NCBI RefSeq assembly: GCF_000017305.1
Contig: NC_009664.2
Span: 2,100,001-2,132,000, forward strand
DNA from: Kineococcus radiotolerans SRS30216 = ATCC BAA-149
Lineage (GTDB): Bacteria; Actinomycetota; Actinomycetes; Actinomycetales; Kineococcaceae
Direction: 5' to 3'
Length of the DNA stretch: 32,000 bases
The notes below the pieces were generated by a model, which did not search any database, was not told where the DNA came from, and saw only the letters and a program-made list of their open reading frames with translations. A program made the translations under genes and the position numbers. Positions 29,790 through 32,000 of this stretch are shown here, one piece after another; the stretch's first letter is position 1; the number at the start of each line of letters is the position of its first letter.

Positions 29790-31475
29790 TCAGCGGACGC
29801 TGCGGGCGAGCTGGACCAGGGAGTCGGGGGCGTCGTCGCGCGGCAGCAGCAGTTCCACGAACGCCGCGTGGTCGGGGTCGGCCCGGACCTTCCCCAGGAC
29901 CTCGACGAGGTCCGCGGGGGTGGCGGCCCGGTAGGTGGGGGTCCCCGGCGAACCCAGCGCCGCGGGCAGCTTCGTCCAGTCCCACGCGACGACGTCCTGG
30001 TAGACCGCCTCGGGGCTGCGGATGGCCCGTTCCACGGTGTAGCCGGAGTTGTTGACCAGCAGGATCGTCGGGGTGAGGCCCTCGGCGAGGATCCGCCCGA
30101 GTTCCTGGATCGTCAGCTGCGCGGAACCGTCGCCGATGACCAGGACGGTCTCCCGGCCGGGACGGGCGAGCATCGCGCCGAGGGTCGCGGGCAGCGTGTA
30201 CCCGATGGAGGACCAGACCGGCTGCCCCAGCAGGTCGCAGCCGTCGGGGGTGGTGAGTTCCAGCGCCCCGTAGAACGAGGTCCCCGCCTCGGCGACGAGC
30301 AGGGTGCCCGGGTTCAGCCAGCGCTGCAGCAGCGGCCAGAGGTCGGCGTGGGTCAGCGGGCCGTCGGGTTCGGCGGGCACGTGCGGTGCGAGGGCCGGGA
30401 CCTCCTGGCGCGGCAGCGGCCCGGGACGGGGCGAGCGCGCGTCGAGGACCTCCTCCAGGATGCGCAGCGACTCCTCCAGGTACAGGCCGTAGAACGCCGT
30501 CCCCGCGATGCGGGCGTGGTCCAGCTGCAGGTCCACCGAGGCCTCCGGGTCGAAGGCGTGGCTGAACGAGCCGGTGAGGAAGTCGCTCATCAGCACCCCC
30601 GCGAGGACGAGCGGCCGGGCCCCGTCGACGGCGCGACGGGTCCGGGCGGAGCGGGTGAACTCCCCCGCGTACACCCCGAGGTTCGCGGGGTGGGACTCGT
30701 CGAGCATCGCCTTGGACGCCGACTGCGTCGCGACCCGGACGCCGTTCTGGGCGGCGATGGCCCGCACGAGGTCCTCCAGGTTCCGCCGGTGCAGCCGGGG
30801 ACCGGCGAGGACGGTGACCTCGGGGGCGTCCCCGAGGAACTGCGCGAGCGCGGTGCGGAACTCCTCCGCCGCCCCCGCGTCGCTGCGCAGGACGCGCAGC
30901 GGGCGCGACAGCGGGGCGGCCGGGACGGGGTGGACGGCGACGTCGGCGGGGACGCCGAGGTAGACGGGTTTCGACGTGCCGACCGCGGTGAGCAGGGCCT
31001 GGTCGATCGCGGTCGTCGCCCCCTGGGCCCGCACGACCACGGCCGAGGCCGTCACCTCGGCGGCGATCCGCACGAAGTGCCCGAAGTCGCCGTCGGCGAG
31101 GGAGTGGTGCAGCAGCGCCCCCCGGCTCATCGCGGTGGTCGGGGGGAGCCCGACGACGTGCACGACGGGGACGTCCTCGGCGTAGCTGCCGGCGAGGGCG
31201 TTGACCGCGGACAGCTCCCCGACGCCGAACGTCGTGACCACCGCCGCCGGCCCGCGCCGCAGGCGCGCGTACCCGTCGGCGGCGTACCCGGCGTTGAGCT
31301 CGTTGGACGACCCGACCCAGCGCAGGCCGGTCGCGGCCAGCACCTCGTCGAGCAGGGCGAGGTTGAAGTCGCCCGGCAGTCCGAAGACGTGGCCGACGCC
31401 GAGCTGCTCGAGGCGGCGGCCGAGGTAGCCCCCGACGGTGGTGGTCGAGGTGTCCGGGGCCGGTGCGGGGGTCAT
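29790..31475 (-). CDS. Thiamine-diphosphate-dependent 2-keto-acid decarboxylase (indolepyruvate/phenylpyruvate decarboxylase family)
   Basis: The internal ATG at 31475 gives 561 aa. N-terminal PYR domain: TVGGYLGRRLEQLGVGHVFGLPGDFNLALLDEV...SNELNAGYAADGYAR. C-terminal TPP motif: GDGSAQLTIQELGRILAEGLTPTILLVNNSGYTVE. Confidence 0.9.
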   Translation of the reverse strand: MTPAPAPDTSTTTVGGYLGRRLEQLGVGHVFGLPGDFNLALLDEVLAATGLRWVGSSNELNAGYAADGYARLRRGPAAVVTTFGVGELSAVNALAGSYAEDVPVVHVVGLPPTTAMSRGALLHHSLADGDFGHFVRIAAEVTASAVVVRAQGATTAIDQALLTAVGTSKPVYLGVPADVAVHPVPAAPLSRPLRVLRSDAGAAEEFRTALAQFLGDAPEVTVLAGPRLHRRNLEDLVRAIAAQNGVRVATQSASKAMLDESHPANLGVYAGEFTRSARTRRAVDGARPLVLAGVLMSDFLTGSFSHAFDPEASVDLQLDHARIAGTAFYGLYLEESLRILEEVLDARSPRPGPLPRQEVPALAPHVPAEPDGPLTHADLWPLLQRWLNPGTLLVAEAGTSFYGALELTTPDGCDLLGQPVWSSIGYTLPATLGAMLARPGRETVLVIGDGSAQLTIQELGRILAEGLTPTILLVNNSGYTVERAIRSPEAVYQDVVAWDWTKLPAALGSPGTPTYRAATPADLVEVLGKVRADPDHAAFVELLLPRDDAPDSLVQLARSVR

Positions 31476-31568
31476 GCCGTGATGACACGCCCGCCCGGGC
31501 GGATCGCGCAACAGAGCGCGGCGACGTTGGTCGTTCCGACCAGTCCCGCTCCCGCGCCCTCGCCTAGG

Positions 31569-32000
31569 GTGATCGACGTGACCACCCTGGACGGCACGGA
31601 CCGGCGCATCCTCGTCGCCCTCGACCGCGACCCGCGCGCCACCGTCGCGCAACTGGCCATGGACCTGGGCCTGGCCCGGGGCACGGTGCACAGCCGGCTG
31701 GAGAAGCTCGCCGGCGACGGCACGCTGCGGTTGAACTCGACGCGGCTGGACCCGGCGCGGGTCGGGTTGTCCATGCGCGCCCTGGTCACGGCGAGCGTGG
31801 AGCAGAGCGAGTTCGACGGGATGGTCGAGGACGTGTCCCGCATCCCCGAGGTCGTGGAGTGCCTCGGCATCTCCGGCGACTCGGACCTGATGATCCAGAT
31901 CGCGGCCCGCGACGCGGACCACGTCTACGACATCACCCAGCGGATCATGAGCTGCCGCGGGATCCGCCGGACCTCGACGTCGATCGTGCTGCGGGAGCTG
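31569..32000 (+). CDS. Lrp/AsnC family transcriptional regulator; 3' end beyond the window
   Basis: My translation from GTG 31569 (alternative GTG at 31578): VIDVTTLDGTDRRILVALDRDPRATVAQLAMDLGLARGTVHSRLEKLAGDGTL...VEQSEFDGMVEDVSRIPEVVECLGISGDSDLMIQIAARD. This gives an HTH_AsnC domain plus a RAM/AsnC_trans_reg domain. The ORF is open to the window end, so it is absent from the track. Confidence 0.8.
   Translation, partial: MIDVTTLDGTDRRILVALDRDPRATVAQLAMDLGLARGTVHSRLEKLAGDGTLRLNSTRLDPARVGLSMRALVTASVEQSEFDGMVEDVSRIPEVVECLGISGDSDLMIQIAARDADHVYDITQRIMSCRGIRRTSTSIVLREL

Noticed and set aside
1-32000. Mobile elements, prophage remnants, tRNA/rRNA genes
   Set aside because: No integrase, transposase or phage-like translations appear in any frame. 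I noticed no terminal inverted repeats, no AT-rich islands and no tRNA-like cloverleaf candidates in the few intergenic regions longer than 100 bp.

Overview
This is a very G+C-rich, gene-dense actinobacterial-type chromosomal segment (by eye over 70% G+C, with strong GC3 bias; not computed). I saw no rRNA, tRNA, CRISPR array, transposase or integrase. I call 37 CDS, 2 of them cut by the window edges. Many long ORFs in the six-frame track are Arg/Pro/Gly-rich antisense or off-frame artefacts of the G+C content.

Gene order:
- 1-2429: a CYTH-domain gene fragment, a SAM methyltransferase, a small possibly leaderless ORF, and the last gene of the operon below.
- 4009->1404 (minus strand): a four-gene unit of ECF sigma factor -> single-pass membrane protein -> secreted or anchored protein -> Amidoligase_2-type ligase.
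- 4122-6645: a MerR / NAD-binding SDR / membrane-protein operon.
- 6638-8479: a GAF-PP2C(SpoIIE)-HATPase fusion protein.
- 8643-12325: azlCD, corA and nhaA.
- 20759->12434 (minus strand): a nine-gene TRAP transporter plus kduI-iclR-dehydrogenase-kduD-eda-kdgK operon for 5-keto-4-deoxyuronate/KDG catabolism. It is divergent from an unknown TIM-barrel-like protein, and the shared region carries a palindrome array.
- 22127-25870: a crcB pair, then a DUF3349 / small TM protein / Pit / PPK2 phosphate cluster with PHO-box-like repeats.
- 26092-32000: a secreted beta-helix protein, a GntR-MFS divergon, an SRPBCC protein, and a TPP-dependent 2-keto-acid decarboxylase divergent from an Lrp/AsnC regulator.

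The best candidate for an undescribed system is the ECF unit. Two near-identical ECF-type promoters (GGCAAC-N17-CGTC-N9-start) sit in front of the sigma gene and in front of the third gene. Genes 2 and 3 share a ~43-aa Trp/Tyr-rich repeat that I cannot assign to a family (one and two copies respectively). The operon ends, with a 1-nt gap, in a glutamine-synthetase-like amidoligase.

All functional calls rest on motif recognition in the translations. No database search was possible.
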